A DNA stretch of 64,000 bases from Candidatus Nanopelagicales bacterium. Lineage in GTDB: Bacteria; Actinomycetota; Actinomycetes; S36-B12; UBA10799. The notes beneath the pieces were generated by a model, which was given only the letters and a program-made list of their open reading frames with translations, did no database searches and had not been told where the DNA came from. A program made the translations under genes and the position numbers. The DNA lies in NCBI GenBank assembly GCA_041393775.1, contig JAWKJM010000005.1:2529-66528 (forward strand), read 5' to 3'. Below, piece after piece: positions 1 through 8,269 of the stretch. Position 1 is the stretch's first letter. Each line of letters begins with the position of its first letter.

Positions 1-1702
1 CCTCGGTCCAGTCCTGCGGGAGGATCTTGAACTTGCGGATCGACTCGGCCTTGGACACCGCCTTGTTGGCGTCGTCGACCGCGCTCTGGATCTCCGCGAC
101 GAGTTGTGGATCGGTCACGAGGTCGGCGACGGAAGTGCTGCCCGGCCGGCCCTTCTGTGCGAGCCAGCCGGGCAGCGACTCCTCGTCCAGGGTCACGAGA
201 CAGGCGATGAAGGGCTTGGCATCGCCGACGACCATGCACTGACTGACCAGGGAATGCGCCCGCAGTCGGTCCTCCAGGACCGCCGGCGCCACGTTCTTGC
301 CCCCAGCGGTGACGATCAACTCCTTCTTGCGGCCCGTGATCCGAAGGAATCCCTCGTCGTCGAGTTGTCCGATGTCGCCGGTGTGGAACCAGCCGTCGGG
401 CTCGAGGGCTTCAGCGGTGGCCTGCGGGTTGTTCCAGTAACCGCGGAACACATGCGGTCCCTTGAGCAGGACCTCCCCGTCGTCAGCGATCCGTACGGCG
501 GTGCCTGGGAAGGGCTTGCCCACTGTGCCGATCTTGAGGGTGTCCGGGCGGTTCATGGTCGTGCCCGCCATGTTCTCGGTCAGTCCGTAGCCTTCGAGGA
601 TGGTGATCCCGATGCCGCGGAAGTAGTGCCCCAGCCTCTCCCCGAGCGGGGCACCGCCGGAAACGGCGTATTCGACGTTGCCGCCCATGGCTGCCCGCAA
701 CTTGGCATACACGAGTTTGTCGAAGAGGAAGTGCTTGGCGCGCAAGAATAGCCCTGGACCTGCGCTGTCCAGAGCACGGCTGTAGTCGATCGCCACCTGG
801 CTGGCGGCGTCGAAGATCCGCCCCCTGCCCTCGGCCGTCGCTTTGGCCTGGGCGCCGTTGTACACCTTCTCGAACACGCGCGGCACGGCCAGCACGAACG
901 TGGGGGCGAAGGTGCCCAGATCGTGCAACAGGTCGCCCGCGTCGGGGGTGTGACCCAACTGGATCCGTCCCCGAATGCACGCGATTCCGATCTGCCTCCC
1001 GAAGGAGTGTGCCAGCGGCAGGAAGAGCAGGGAGCTCTGTCCGGGGACGAACAACTCCGGTGCACTCGCCATCACGATGTCCCCGGCGAAGATGAGGTTC
1101 CGGTGGGTGAGCACGCAACCCTTCGGCCTGCCCGTGGTGCCGGAGGTATAGATGATCGTGGCGACGTCGTCCGGGCTTGCCTGGCAGCGGCGTTCCTCAA
1201 GTTGCTCGTCGGTGATCGCTGCACCGGACGCCGCAAGGTCGTCGAGCGATCCCGCCTCGAAGACCCAGGTGCGGGTCACATCCGGGAGGTCCGCACGGAC
1301 CTGATCGAAGAGGGCCTCGTGCCTGTCCAGTTCGAGGAAGACCCCCACGGCACCGGAGTCGCTGAGGATCCACGCCACCTGTTCGGCCGACGAGGTCTCG
1401 TAGATGGGCACCGACACCGCTCCCGCATACGCGAGTGCGAAGTCGACGAGAGTCCACTCGTAACGGGTGCGGGACATGATCCCCACGCGGTCACCGAACT
1501 GCACGCCGCTGGCCATGAGTCCCCTGGCCACGGCGCGAACCTCAGCGGCGAACTCGGCGCAACTCAGGTTGCGCCAGCCGTCACCGTCGGGCAGGGACAC
1601 GGCGGGTGTGTCAGCGGCCGTCTTCTCGCTCTCGAGCAGCCGGTCGGTCAGGTTGCCGTTGGTGATGTCGGGCAACACAGGTGGTTCTGCGTACTCCTGC
1701 AT
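1..1702 (-). CDS. Long-chain acyl-CoA synthetase / AMP-dependent ligase (FadD-like); 3' end runs off the window
   Basis: Own translation of the minus strand from ATG at 1702-1700 gives MQEYAEPPVLPDITNGN... It contains the AMP-binding signature IIYTSGTTGRPKG and a GYGLTE motif. It is not in the ORF track because there is no stop inside the window. Confidence 0.9.
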   Translation of the reverse strand, partial: MQEYAEPPVLPDITNGNLTDRLLESEKTAADTPAVSLPDGDGWRNLSCAEFAAEVRAVARGLMASGVQFGDRVGIMSRTRYEWTLVDFALAYAGAVSVPIYETSSAEQVAWILSDSGAVGVFLELDRHEALFDQVRADLPDVTRTWVFEAGSLDDLAASGAAITDEQLEERRCQASPDDVATIIYTSGTTGRPKGCVLTHRNLIFAGDIVMASAPELFVPGQSSLLFLPLAHSFGRQIGIACIRGRIQLGHTPDAGDLLHDLGTFAPTFVLAVPRVFEKVYNGAQAKATAEGRGRIFDAASQVAIDYSRALDSAGPGLFLRAKHFLFDKLVYAKLRAAMGGNVEYAVSGGAPLGERLGHYFRGIGITILEGYGLTENMAGTTMNRPDTLKIGTVGKPFPGTAVRIADDGEVLLKGPHVFRGYWNNPQATAEALEPDGWFHTGDIGQLDDEGFLRITGRKKELIVTAGGKNVAPAVLEDRLRAHSLVSQCMVVGDAKPFIACLVTLDEESLPGWLAQKGRPGSTSVADLVTDPQLVAEIQSAVDDANKAVSKAESIRKFKILPQDWTE

Positions 1703-1850
1703 GGCATCCTTCCGCCGAGCTTTGGGCCCTTGCCCTCAGCCTAACCAGCGCCCCGACGGTCGCTGCTCGTCCTGACCGCCGTGAAGGTCAGGCGCCAATG
1801 AGGCGCTGAGCCCATCTGCGGTGGGGCAGTAGGGTGCCGCGATGGACGGC

Positions 1851-2114
1851 CTACTGGTCGCTGTCCATGGCGTCGTCGCTCATCATCGCGTCGGGTGACT
1901 CGCTCATGGCGTCGTCGCTCATCATCGCGTCGGGTGACTCGCTCATGGCGTCGTCGCTCATCATCGCGTCGGGTGACTCGCTCATGGCGTCGTCGCTCAT
2001 CATCGACGAGGGCGAGTCACTGGGCTCGGGCGACGGGTTGTTGCAGCCGGTCAGCCCGATCGTCGCCACCGCCAGACCTGCAACACCCACGTACAGTCGG
2101 TTCCTGGTTCTCAT
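1851..2114 (-). CDS. Small Met/Asp/Ser-rich repeat lipoprotein (87 aa)
   Basis: Internal start of ORF 1851..2156, preceded by a strong SD (AAGGAGACAGCA-ATG). The signal peptide has a lipobox, MRTRNRLYVGVAGLAVATIGLTG-C. The mature part is 3.6 copies of MSESPDAMMSDDA. Confidence 0.75.
   Translation of the reverse strand: MRTRNRLYVGVAGLAVATIGLTGCNNPSPEPSDSPSSMMSDDAMSESPDAMMSDDAMSESPDAMMSDDAMSESPDAMMSDDAMDSDQ
1866..2005. repeat. Perfect 39-bp tandem repeat (3.6 units) inside the lipoprotein gene
   Basis: The unit catggcgtcgtcgctcatcatcgcgtcgggtgactcgct was read at 1866-1904, 1905-1943 and 1944-1982. A partial fourth unit runs to 2005. The full units are identical. Confidence 0.95.
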
Positions 2115-2174
2115 TGCTGTCTCCTTCCGGTGCCTCTTGTTCGCAGCAGCCTGCACGAATGGATTGGTGGTCGG

Positions 2175-3842
2175 TCACCCGAAAGTGAACGAATATGCCT
2201 GCACGCCCGCCGGGACGCTCAGTGTCAATCGACTGCGACCGGCCGCGCCGTCCCTGACCGGGTAGAGCGTGGGGGCGCCGGAAACGTCGACGGCGCGAGT
2301 ACCTGCGCTGTCCCGCACGGTGACCGTGCCCTGCCCGCCGAGCACGGCGAAGACCTTGGCGGCGGAGTAGTTCAGACGCAGTTTCGAGTCGGATCCGACC
2401 GCTTCGATGTACTCGGGACGCTGCAGCCACCTGCCGGAAAGCGCTACCGAGTCGTTCGGCATCGAGGCGGGGAAGGCGTAGTCGGCAGCGTCCGGACCGG
2501 GCGTCTGATCGGCGTAACTGTTGCCCCGCTTCGCCCCCAAGTACGTCTCCGGAGTACCGGCCTGGTTGGGAGTCTCGCGGTCATCACCGGCTGCTGGAAG
2601 AGTGTCCTTGTTCTTCAACAACGTCCGGATGAGTTGCTCGGTCTGTTCGTACGCCCCCTCGCCGTAGTGAACCTGGCGCACCGTCCCGTTCTGATCGATG
2701 AGGTAGTGGGCCGGCCAGAAGCGCTGGTCATACGCGCGCCAGGTCTTGAACTCGTTGTCGATCGCGATCGGGTACTCGACGCCGAGGTCGGAGGCGGCCT
2801 GTGCCACGTTGGACACGTCGTGCTCGAACTCGAACTCGGGGGAATGCACCCCGATGATGGTCAGGCCGGCGTCCCGGTACTTCTCGTCCCACTTCTCGAG
2901 GTATGGCAGCGTGCGCTGGCAGTTGATGCACGAGTAGGTCCAGAAGTCCACCAGGACCACGCGTCCCCGCAGATCGGCAAGGGACAGCGGTTCGGAGTTC
3001 AGCCAGTCCGAGATGCCTCGCAACTCCGGTGCTGGGCCGCAGTTCTGCAACTGCGTCGGATCCGTCTCGCAGTCGTCGAACGAGACCCGGGGGGCGTCGA
3101 CGTCGGTTTGGAGCGAGGACAGGGCGCGCTGTGCCGAGTCGCCGGACTCGACCGCCGCCTGGACGCGCTGGGTGTAGCCGGGCACGATGCGTTGCAGCCC
3201 GTCCACAGCGCCCAGTGCTAGCACCACCGAGGTGGCGACCAGGATGCCACCGGTGATCCGGCGCAGCAAGGGAAGTCGTGTCCGCAAGGCCTTCGTGCGA
3301 GAGGTGAGCTGCTGTCCGGCCATCGCCAGCCCGAACAGTGGCACACAGACCCCGACCGTGAATGCGATGGTGAGCAGCAGCAGGCGCGCGCTCACCCCCT
3401 GCGTGGCCGAGAGCACCGTGATCGCGGCCAGGACGGGTCCGGCGCAGGGCACGAACGCCAGGCCGAACAGCGCGCCGAAGGCGAAGGCGGGTGTTCTGGG
3501 ATTGAGGGACCGCTGCGGGATCCGGGCGAACGGACGCTCCACGATGTGCCCGACGGCGGGGAAGACGAGCGCCAGCCCGACAACTGCCATCAGGACCAGG
3601 CTCGCGTTGCGCAGGAAGTCCGAAGGCAGTCCCAGCGCAGCGATCACGGCCGAGGCGAACAGGGTGAAGAAGGCGAACGACGTGCCCAGTCCGGCCACAA
3701 TGAGCAGCGGCCTGCGCCACGGGCGATCCTCGCGCTCCCCGATCGCCGAAGCCGAGAAGACCACCGGCAGGACGGGCAGGATGCACGGTGAGAGACCAGT
3801 CACCAGCCCTGCGAGGAACCCGATTCCGACAAGTAATAACAC
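2175..3842 (-). CDS. dipZ: DipZ-like thiol:disulfide interchange protein: CcdA/DsbD membrane domain fused to a thioredoxin-like domain and a C-terminal beta-rich domain
   Basis: 555-aa ORF. The N-terminus has the CcdA motif GLSPCILPVLPVVF and multiple TM segments. A redoxin domain carries CxxC (FWTYSCINCQRTLPY). GTG start at 3842. Confidence 0.85.
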   Translation of the reverse strand: MLLLVGIGFLAGLVTGLSPCILPVLPVVFSASAIGEREDRPWRRPLLIVAGLGTSFAFFTLFASAVIAALGLPSDFLRNASLVLMAVVGLALVFPAVGHIVERPFARIPQRSLNPRTPAFAFGALFGLAFVPCAGPVLAAITVLSATQGVSARLLLLTIAFTVGVCVPLFGLAMAGQQLTSRTKALRTRLPLLRRITGGILVATSVVLALGAVDGLQRIVPGYTQRVQAAVESGDSAQRALSSLQTDVDAPRVSFDDCETDPTQLQNCGPAPELRGISDWLNSEPLSLADLRGRVVLVDFWTYSCINCQRTLPYLEKWDEKYRDAGLTIIGVHSPEFEFEHDVSNVAQAASDLGVEYPIAIDNEFKTWRAYDQRFWPAHYLIDQNGTVRQVHYGEGAYEQTEQLIRTLLKNKDTLPAAGDDRETPNQAGTPETYLGAKRGNSYADQTPGPDAADYAFPASMPNDSVALSGRWLQRPEYIEAVGSDSKLRLNYSAAKVFAVLGGQGTVTVRDSAGTRAVDVSGAPTLYPVRDGAAGRSRLTLSVPAGVQAYSFTFG

Positions 3843-4318
3843 GCCCTTGATTCGTGCGAGGAGCGCGAACGGATTGGTCGATCACGCGCGCATGCGTACG
3901 GCCACCACTCGGTCGGCCGTCGCAGCCCTGTCGCTGCAGGAATGCGCGCCGCAGTGCGCATCGTCATTCCGAGGCTGAGCACGAGCACCACCGATCGCCC
4001 TAAGTAGGCTGCGGGCGGTCCCGATGCGAGCACGGCCCCGATCAGCGGCCCGGCCGAGCTGAGGAAGCCGAAGACACCCAGCCCTGCGAACACCACGTCG
4101 TCCACCCAGTTCTGCAGGCGTCGGCCGTCCGGTCCGCTGTATCGATCCACGCCGACCACGAGGTTGCCGGAACGGGTCTGCAGCGCGATGTCCTCCGCCA
4201 GCTGGGGCAGGTTACGGATCGAGGGCATCGACCGGGTGAACTCCCGCTTCAGCGCCGCACGATCCGGGCAAGCTGGCCACTCGGCCTGCCGGTGCGCTTT
4301 CGGGTTGCGGCGTCGCAT
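3800..4318 (-). CDS. Hypothetical protein with a hydrophobic central segment; C-terminal third looks non-native and overlaps the dipZ start
   Basis: Only plausible ORF in the 3843-4340 gap. It has a TM-like stretch VVFAGLGVFGFLSSAGPLIGAVLA. No recognisable family. Confidence 0.35.
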   Translation of the reverse strand: MRRRNPKAHRQAEWPACPDRAALKREFTRSMPSIRNLPQLAEDIALQTRSGNLVVGVDRYSGPDGRRLQNWVDDVVFAGLGVFGFLSSAGPLIGAVLASGPPAAYLGRSVVLVLSLGMTMRTAARIPAATGLRRPTEWWPYACARDRPIRSRSSHESRACYYLSESGSSQGW

Positions 4319-4341
4319 TCGGCCCGCTGGTAGCCAGCAGG

Positions 4342-4544
4342 TCTGGTCCGAAAACGGCTCGTGTACTCGGTCGCCGGCGCTGGTCGCGAGGTTAGAGAAT
4401 GGTCGCGAGGTTAGAGATCGTGCACGAGGTTAGTGAACGCACGTGTGGCTTCTCTAACCTCGTGCACGATCTCTAACGCGAGCGGTATCCGCCCGGCATT
4501 TGCCCGCCTGAACGGGCGGCCGACCACGGCCGCGGATGACTAAC
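4342..4544 (+). repeat. Family-1 modular hairpin repeat, locus R1 (modules A, B, C)
   Basis: Reads GTCCGAAAACGGCTCGTGTACTCGG..CGCGAGGTTAGAGAA (x2). A hairpin follows: 28-nt arms at 4410-4437 and 4450-4477 with 27/28 complementarity, and a loop CGCACGTGTGGC. Module C follows, ending GATGACTAAC. Confidence 0.9.
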
Positions 4545-4645
4545 GGGAACGGGGTCAAGTCCTGCAGTGAGTCGGCCCGGTGAGAGTCGGATCCGGAGGT
4601 CCTAGGACCAAAGTCCAATTGTGCGGGAATCCTCCTGCGACCAGC

Positions 4646-5071
4646 ATGGGTGTTGTGGGAGGCAGAAGGACGACACTGGGTGCTGCGGCGATGGTTGCGG
4701 TGCTCTCGGCGTCGTTGGCCGCACCGGCGGCCGGACAGCCTCGGCCGAAGCCGCGACCCACCGGCGGTTCGGACACCATCGTCAGTTCCGGCGTGTGCGA
4801 CGCCGGGAGTACCTGGACGCTCACCGGGCGATCCCGATTCCTGCGAATCGTCGTAGGCGCTCGGGTCGACACCGACAGGGGCCGTCAGCGCTGGGTCCTG
4901 CGCATCAAGCGCGACCGGACAACCGTGGCCAGAGTCTCCCGCAAGTCCAACGGTCGAGGGGTGGTGCGAGTGAAGGGGAAGGTCCGCAACCGACCGGGCG
5001 CGGACACGTTCACGTTCATCGCACGCAACCGCACCTCTGCCGAGACCTGTCGGGGAACCCTGACGTTCTGA
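4646..5071 (+). CDS. Secreted hypothetical protein (beta-rich, two Cys)
   Basis: In-frame ATG at 4646 within ORF 4580..5071 gives a signal-peptide-like N-terminus MGVVGGRRTTLGAAAMVAVLSASLAAPAAG. No family recognised. Confidence 0.6.
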   Translation: MGVVGGRRTTLGAAAMVAVLSASLAAPAAGQPRPKPRPTGGSDTIVSSGVCDAGSTWTLTGRSRFLRIVVGARVDTDRGRQRWVLRIKRDRTTVARVSRKSNGRGVVRVKGKVRNRPGADTFTFIARNRTSAETCRGTLTF

Positions 5072-5099
5072 ATCAGCGAGACAGGAGAGGGAGAAGGAC

Positions 5100-5672
5100 A
5101 TGAAGTCATCACGAGTCATCGCCGCAGCGACCGGAGTCATGATCGGCGTGGGCGGCATCTTGCCTGCAGCCAACGCCCAGCCACCCGCTGCCGTGAGTAC
5201 ATTGGTGGCTGCTGGGCACGGGCAGGACTGGGGACTGAAGCAGGCCCGCCAGCAGTTCCGCATCGATGTGAAGCGAGCCAACAAGGAATACCGCACCGAC
5301 GTCCGCAAGGCGCGCAGGGAGTTCCGCAAGGACATCCGCGAGGCCCGGCATGTGTCACAGGCGAAGTACCAAGAGGCACGTAAGCAGTTGCGTGCGGCAC
5401 TGCGAACCGCCCGGGGGGCCTTTCACACCGCCATCAAAGAGGCCAACGAGATCTTCCAAACCAGCGTCGCCGACAGCCGCGCCGCGTTGTTGAAGGTTCT
5501 GAAGGATCCGGCCTCGACCATGGAGCAGCGCAAGGCGGCGATAGCGACCTACCGGGCTGACACCAAGACTGCACGGGAAGCCCGCCACACGGCGATCAAG
5601 AAGGCGATCGCCAAGTACAGGGACGACCGCAAACAAGCGCGCGCGGCGTTCCGGGTCGCGATCGGCAAGTAG
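5100..5672 (+). CDS. Secreted alpha-helical protein built of 11-residue repeats
   Basis: SD GGAGAGGGAGAAGGAC precedes the ATG. Signal peptide MKSSRVIAAATGVMIGVGGILPAANA. At least 8 consecutive 11-mers follow (LKQARQQFRID, VKRANKEYRTD, VRKARREFRKD, IREARHVSQAK ...). Confidence 0.75.
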   Translation: MKSSRVIAAATGVMIGVGGILPAANAQPPAAVSTLVAAGHGQDWGLKQARQQFRIDVKRANKEYRTDVRKARREFRKDIREARHVSQAKYQEARKQLRAALRTARGAFHTAIKEANEIFQTSVADSRAALLKVLKDPASTMEQRKAAIATYRADTKTAREARHTAIKKAIAKYRDDRKQARAAFRVAIGK

Positions 5673-5682
5673 TGCGCCCAGG

Positions 5683-5719
5683 CATCCCGTCCACTGGCAG
5701 AAGCCCAGCGGGCGGGATG
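5683..5719 (+). terminator. Putative stem-loop terminator after the 5100..5672 gene
   Basis: Arms CATCCCGTCCACTGG (5683-5697) and CCAGCGGGCGGGATG (5705-5719) form a 15-bp stem with one wobble and one mismatch. There is no U-tract. Confidence 0.45.
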
Positions 5720-5789
5720 TCGCATGTCTGGTGCCCCAAACACGCGGGCGGGTTAGGAATATCAGACCTGCGCGTGGGGACAATGACCT

Positions 5790-7082
5790 ATGGCTGAGCC
5801 ACCAGGCGGCAATCCGCGCGCGATCGTGCGGCGCGAGGTACTGCGGTTCGCGATCCCGGGCGCCATCGGGATGGTGTTGCTCGCCTTGGCCAGTCTTGCG
5901 ATCTCTGCTGCGGTAGCCCGTGAGCAGTCCGTCAGCGATACCCGCACCACCGCCGAGTGGTTGGCCCGGACCGTGGTGGAGCCCAGAATCGACAAAGGAC
6001 TCCAAGCGGGCAAGCCCGCGCGCATCGCGGAACTCGACGCAGCGTTCTCCGCGTCGGTCCGGGATTCCGACGTCAGGGCAGTGCGCTTGTGGAACGAGGA
6101 CGGGGTCATCATCTATGCCAATGACCCCCGGCTCATCGGTGAGCATTTCCCGGCGCCGGCCGCGACAACCGATGGCCCGGAGGAGACGATCACGGATCCG
6201 AGTCGACCGGAGAACCGCTACTTGGACCCGGATGTCGATTGGGTTCAGGTGAGTCTGCCTGTCGTCGGCGGCGACGGTTCCCACTACCTGTTCCAGGTCA
6301 GCAAATCTCAGGACACCCTGAGCCAGGACGCCCGCAGTGTCTGGACGGCGTTCGCGCCTCTTCTGGCGGGGTCCATGGTGCTTCTGGCCACGTTGCTGGG
6401 GCTCTTGGGCGTCCGTATGGCCAAGCGCATCAGCGATGAACTGCGTACCCGTGAGGAACTGCTGCAGAGCGCGATGGACGCCTCTGAACTGGAACGCCGC
6501 CGGATCGCCGCGGACCTGCATGACGGCACTGTGCAGAAGCTCGCCGGGTTGTCCTTCGGGCTCGCGGGGATGGCGGCTCGCGCGGATGCAGCCGGTGATC
6601 ACGACTCCGCAACCCTGTTGTCGGACGCAGCGCAGGCCTCACGGGCATCGGTGCGTGATCTCCGCACGCTGCTTGTGGACATCTACCCACCCAATCTCGA
6701 GACTTCGGGGCTGGCCCCCGCCATTGCCGCTCTGCTGGACGGTCTGGAGCCGGGCATCGTCGTAGATTCCGACCTCAGTGAACTCCCAGACCTGGACCCG
6801 GGAGCGCGCACGGTGCTGTACCGGGTTGCCCGGGAGGCGATCGCCAACGTGTCCAAACACGCTGGGGCGTCTCATGTGGTCGTCCGCCTCACCGAGGCGG
6901 TGGACACCGTGGTGCTGAGTGTCGAGGACGACGGGCACGGGTTCGACCCGGACGTCGAACGTCCCGGCCACCTCGGACTGCGGCTCGTCGACGATCTCGT
7001 CACCTCCATCGGCGGCAGGCTCACGGTTGACAGCGCGCCGGGGGCAGGAACGCGTGTGACTGTAAGCGTGGAGCCGCGATGA
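5790..7082 (+). CDS. Sensor histidine kinase (HisKA_3 / NarL-partner type) with an extracytoplasmic sensor domain
   Basis: 430-aa ORF. Two TM segments flank a roughly 150-aa loop. H-box ERRRIAADLHDGTVQKLAGL. The HATPase_c part includes DDGHGF and GLRLV. Confidence 0.9.
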   Translation: MAEPPGGNPRAIVRREVLRFAIPGAIGMVLLALASLAISAAVAREQSVSDTRTTAEWLARTVVEPRIDKGLQAGKPARIAELDAAFSASVRDSDVRAVRLWNEDGVIIYANDPRLIGEHFPAPAATTDGPEETITDPSRPENRYLDPDVDWVQVSLPVVGGDGSHYLFQVSKSQDTLSQDARSVWTAFAPLLAGSMVLLATLLGLLGVRMAKRISDELRTREELLQSAMDASELERRRIAADLHDGTVQKLAGLSFGLAGMAARADAAGDHDSATLLSDAAQASRASVRDLRTLLVDIYPPNLETSGLAPAIAALLDGLEPGIVVDSDLSELPDLDPGARTVLYRVAREAIANVSKHAGASHVVVRLTEAVDTVVLSVEDDGHGFDPDVERPGHLGLRLVDDLVTSIGGRLTVDSAPGAGTRVTVSVEPR

Positions 7083-7708
7083 TCAAAGTGGTACTGGTCG
7101 ACGACCACCGCGTCGTGGTCGAGGGACTGCGTCTGCTCATCGACGCGTTCGACGACGTCGAAGTGGTGGGTTCGGCCACCGATGGCCGTGCCGGAGCCGA
7201 TCTGGTGAACGCTCTGCGCCCGGATGTCGTCCTGATGGACCTGTCCATGCCGGTGATGGGCGGTGTCGAGGCCACTCGCGCTATCAATGAGGCAGCTCCT
7301 GGAACCGCAGTGGTGATGCTCACCACGTTCGCCGAGCCCGAGCAGGTGCTGCACAGCCTCGACGCCGGCGCAGTCGGTTACCTCATGAAGGATGCCGAAC
7401 CTCAGACCCTGGTCGATGGCATCCGGGCGGCCGCAGCAGGGGGGTCGCCGATCGACCCGCGGGTGGCGCGCACATTGGTCGAGGCGCGGCGTGCAAGCGC
7501 TGTGCTGGAGGATCCGGAGCTGACCGCAAAGCAGCGGGAGGTACTGGGGTTGGTCGCCGAGGGCCTGCCGAACCGACTGGTGGCCAAACGGCTCGGCGTG
7601 AGTGAGAAGACCGTCAAAGCCCATCTCACACAGATCTACGCCGCGATCGGGGTCACCGACCGGGTCCAGGCGGCGCTATGGGCGCGGGACCACCTGTCCG
7701 AATCCTGA
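7079..7708 (+). CDS. Response regulator, NarL/LuxR family
   Basis: The receiver domain starts VVLVDDHRVV and includes DVVLMDLSMP. C-terminal LuxR HTH reads LTAKQREVLGLVAEGLPNRLVAKRLGVSEKTVKAHL. There is a 4-nt overlap with the kinase gene. Confidence 0.93.
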   Translation: MIKVVLVDDHRVVVEGLRLLIDAFDDVEVVGSATDGRAGADLVNALRPDVVLMDLSMPVMGGVEATRAINEAAPGTAVVMLTTFAEPEQVLHSLDAGAVGYLMKDAEPQTLVDGIRAAAAGGSPIDPRVARTLVEARRASAVLEDPELTAKQREVLGLVAEGLPNRLVAKRLGVSEKTVKAHLTQIYAAIGVTDRVQAALWARDHLSES

Positions 7709-7860
7709 CCCCGTGCAGCGTCGGTCCACGTGCCGTTCTGACGGGGGCCTGTGCGACCGCCCGACCTCGCGAAGTGGACGCGGCGCCGAGCGGTGCGGGC
7801 CGGACGGGGCAAGGTCGTTCCCGACGCGGTGGTGACCGCGACTGTTTCTGCCGAATGATC

Positions 7861-8170
7861 CGCAGGAGCTGGCCGCGAGGTCAGAGAAAGTGCACGAGGT
7901 GTTCGTTCTCTAGTCCGAAAATGGCTGGTGTACTCGGTCGCCGCAGAAGTGGGCCGCGAGGTTAGAGAATGGTCGCGAGGTTAGAGATCGTGCACGAGGT
8001 TAGTGAACGCACGTGTGGTTTCTCTAACCTCGTGCACGTTCTCTAACCCGAGCGGTTTGCGCCCGGCATTTCCCCGCCTGAACGCGGCGGCCGGCCACGG
8101 CCATGCACCACCAACGCGAGCGATCTCCGCCCGTCTGAACGCCGCGGCTGACCACAGCCGCGGAGGCTAC
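7861..8170 (+). repeat. Family-1 repeat, locus R2 (a degenerate A-B unit lacking the hairpin tip, a full A-B unit, and two C modules)
   Basis: 7861-7912 reads GGCCGCGAGGTCAGAGAAAGTGCACGAGGTGTTCGTTCTCTA, that is, the arms without the loop. A full copy follows, with hairpin GTGCACGAGGTTAGTGAACGCACGTGTGGTTTCTCTAACCTCGTGCAC, then two C modules. Confidence 0.9.
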
Positions 8171-8269
8171 GCGAACCGGCCGGGCAAACGGCAACCGTCC
8201 GACCGCGGACGCCCGTTCGGACAGGTATCCGATGCTGGCGGCGATACGCTCGAACAGGAGGTGTTCGCA

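Noticed and set aside
8003-8269. N-terminal extension of the SDR gene, and similar ORFs running through repeats (4454..5335, 27925..28140, 34439..34843, 19401..19649)
   Set aside because: The extensions translate the family-1 repeat, giving recurring pseudo-peptides such as GRPPVQAGKCRA.TARVRERA. These appear at unrelated loci in either orientation. Good internal starts with SD sequences exist for the real genes.
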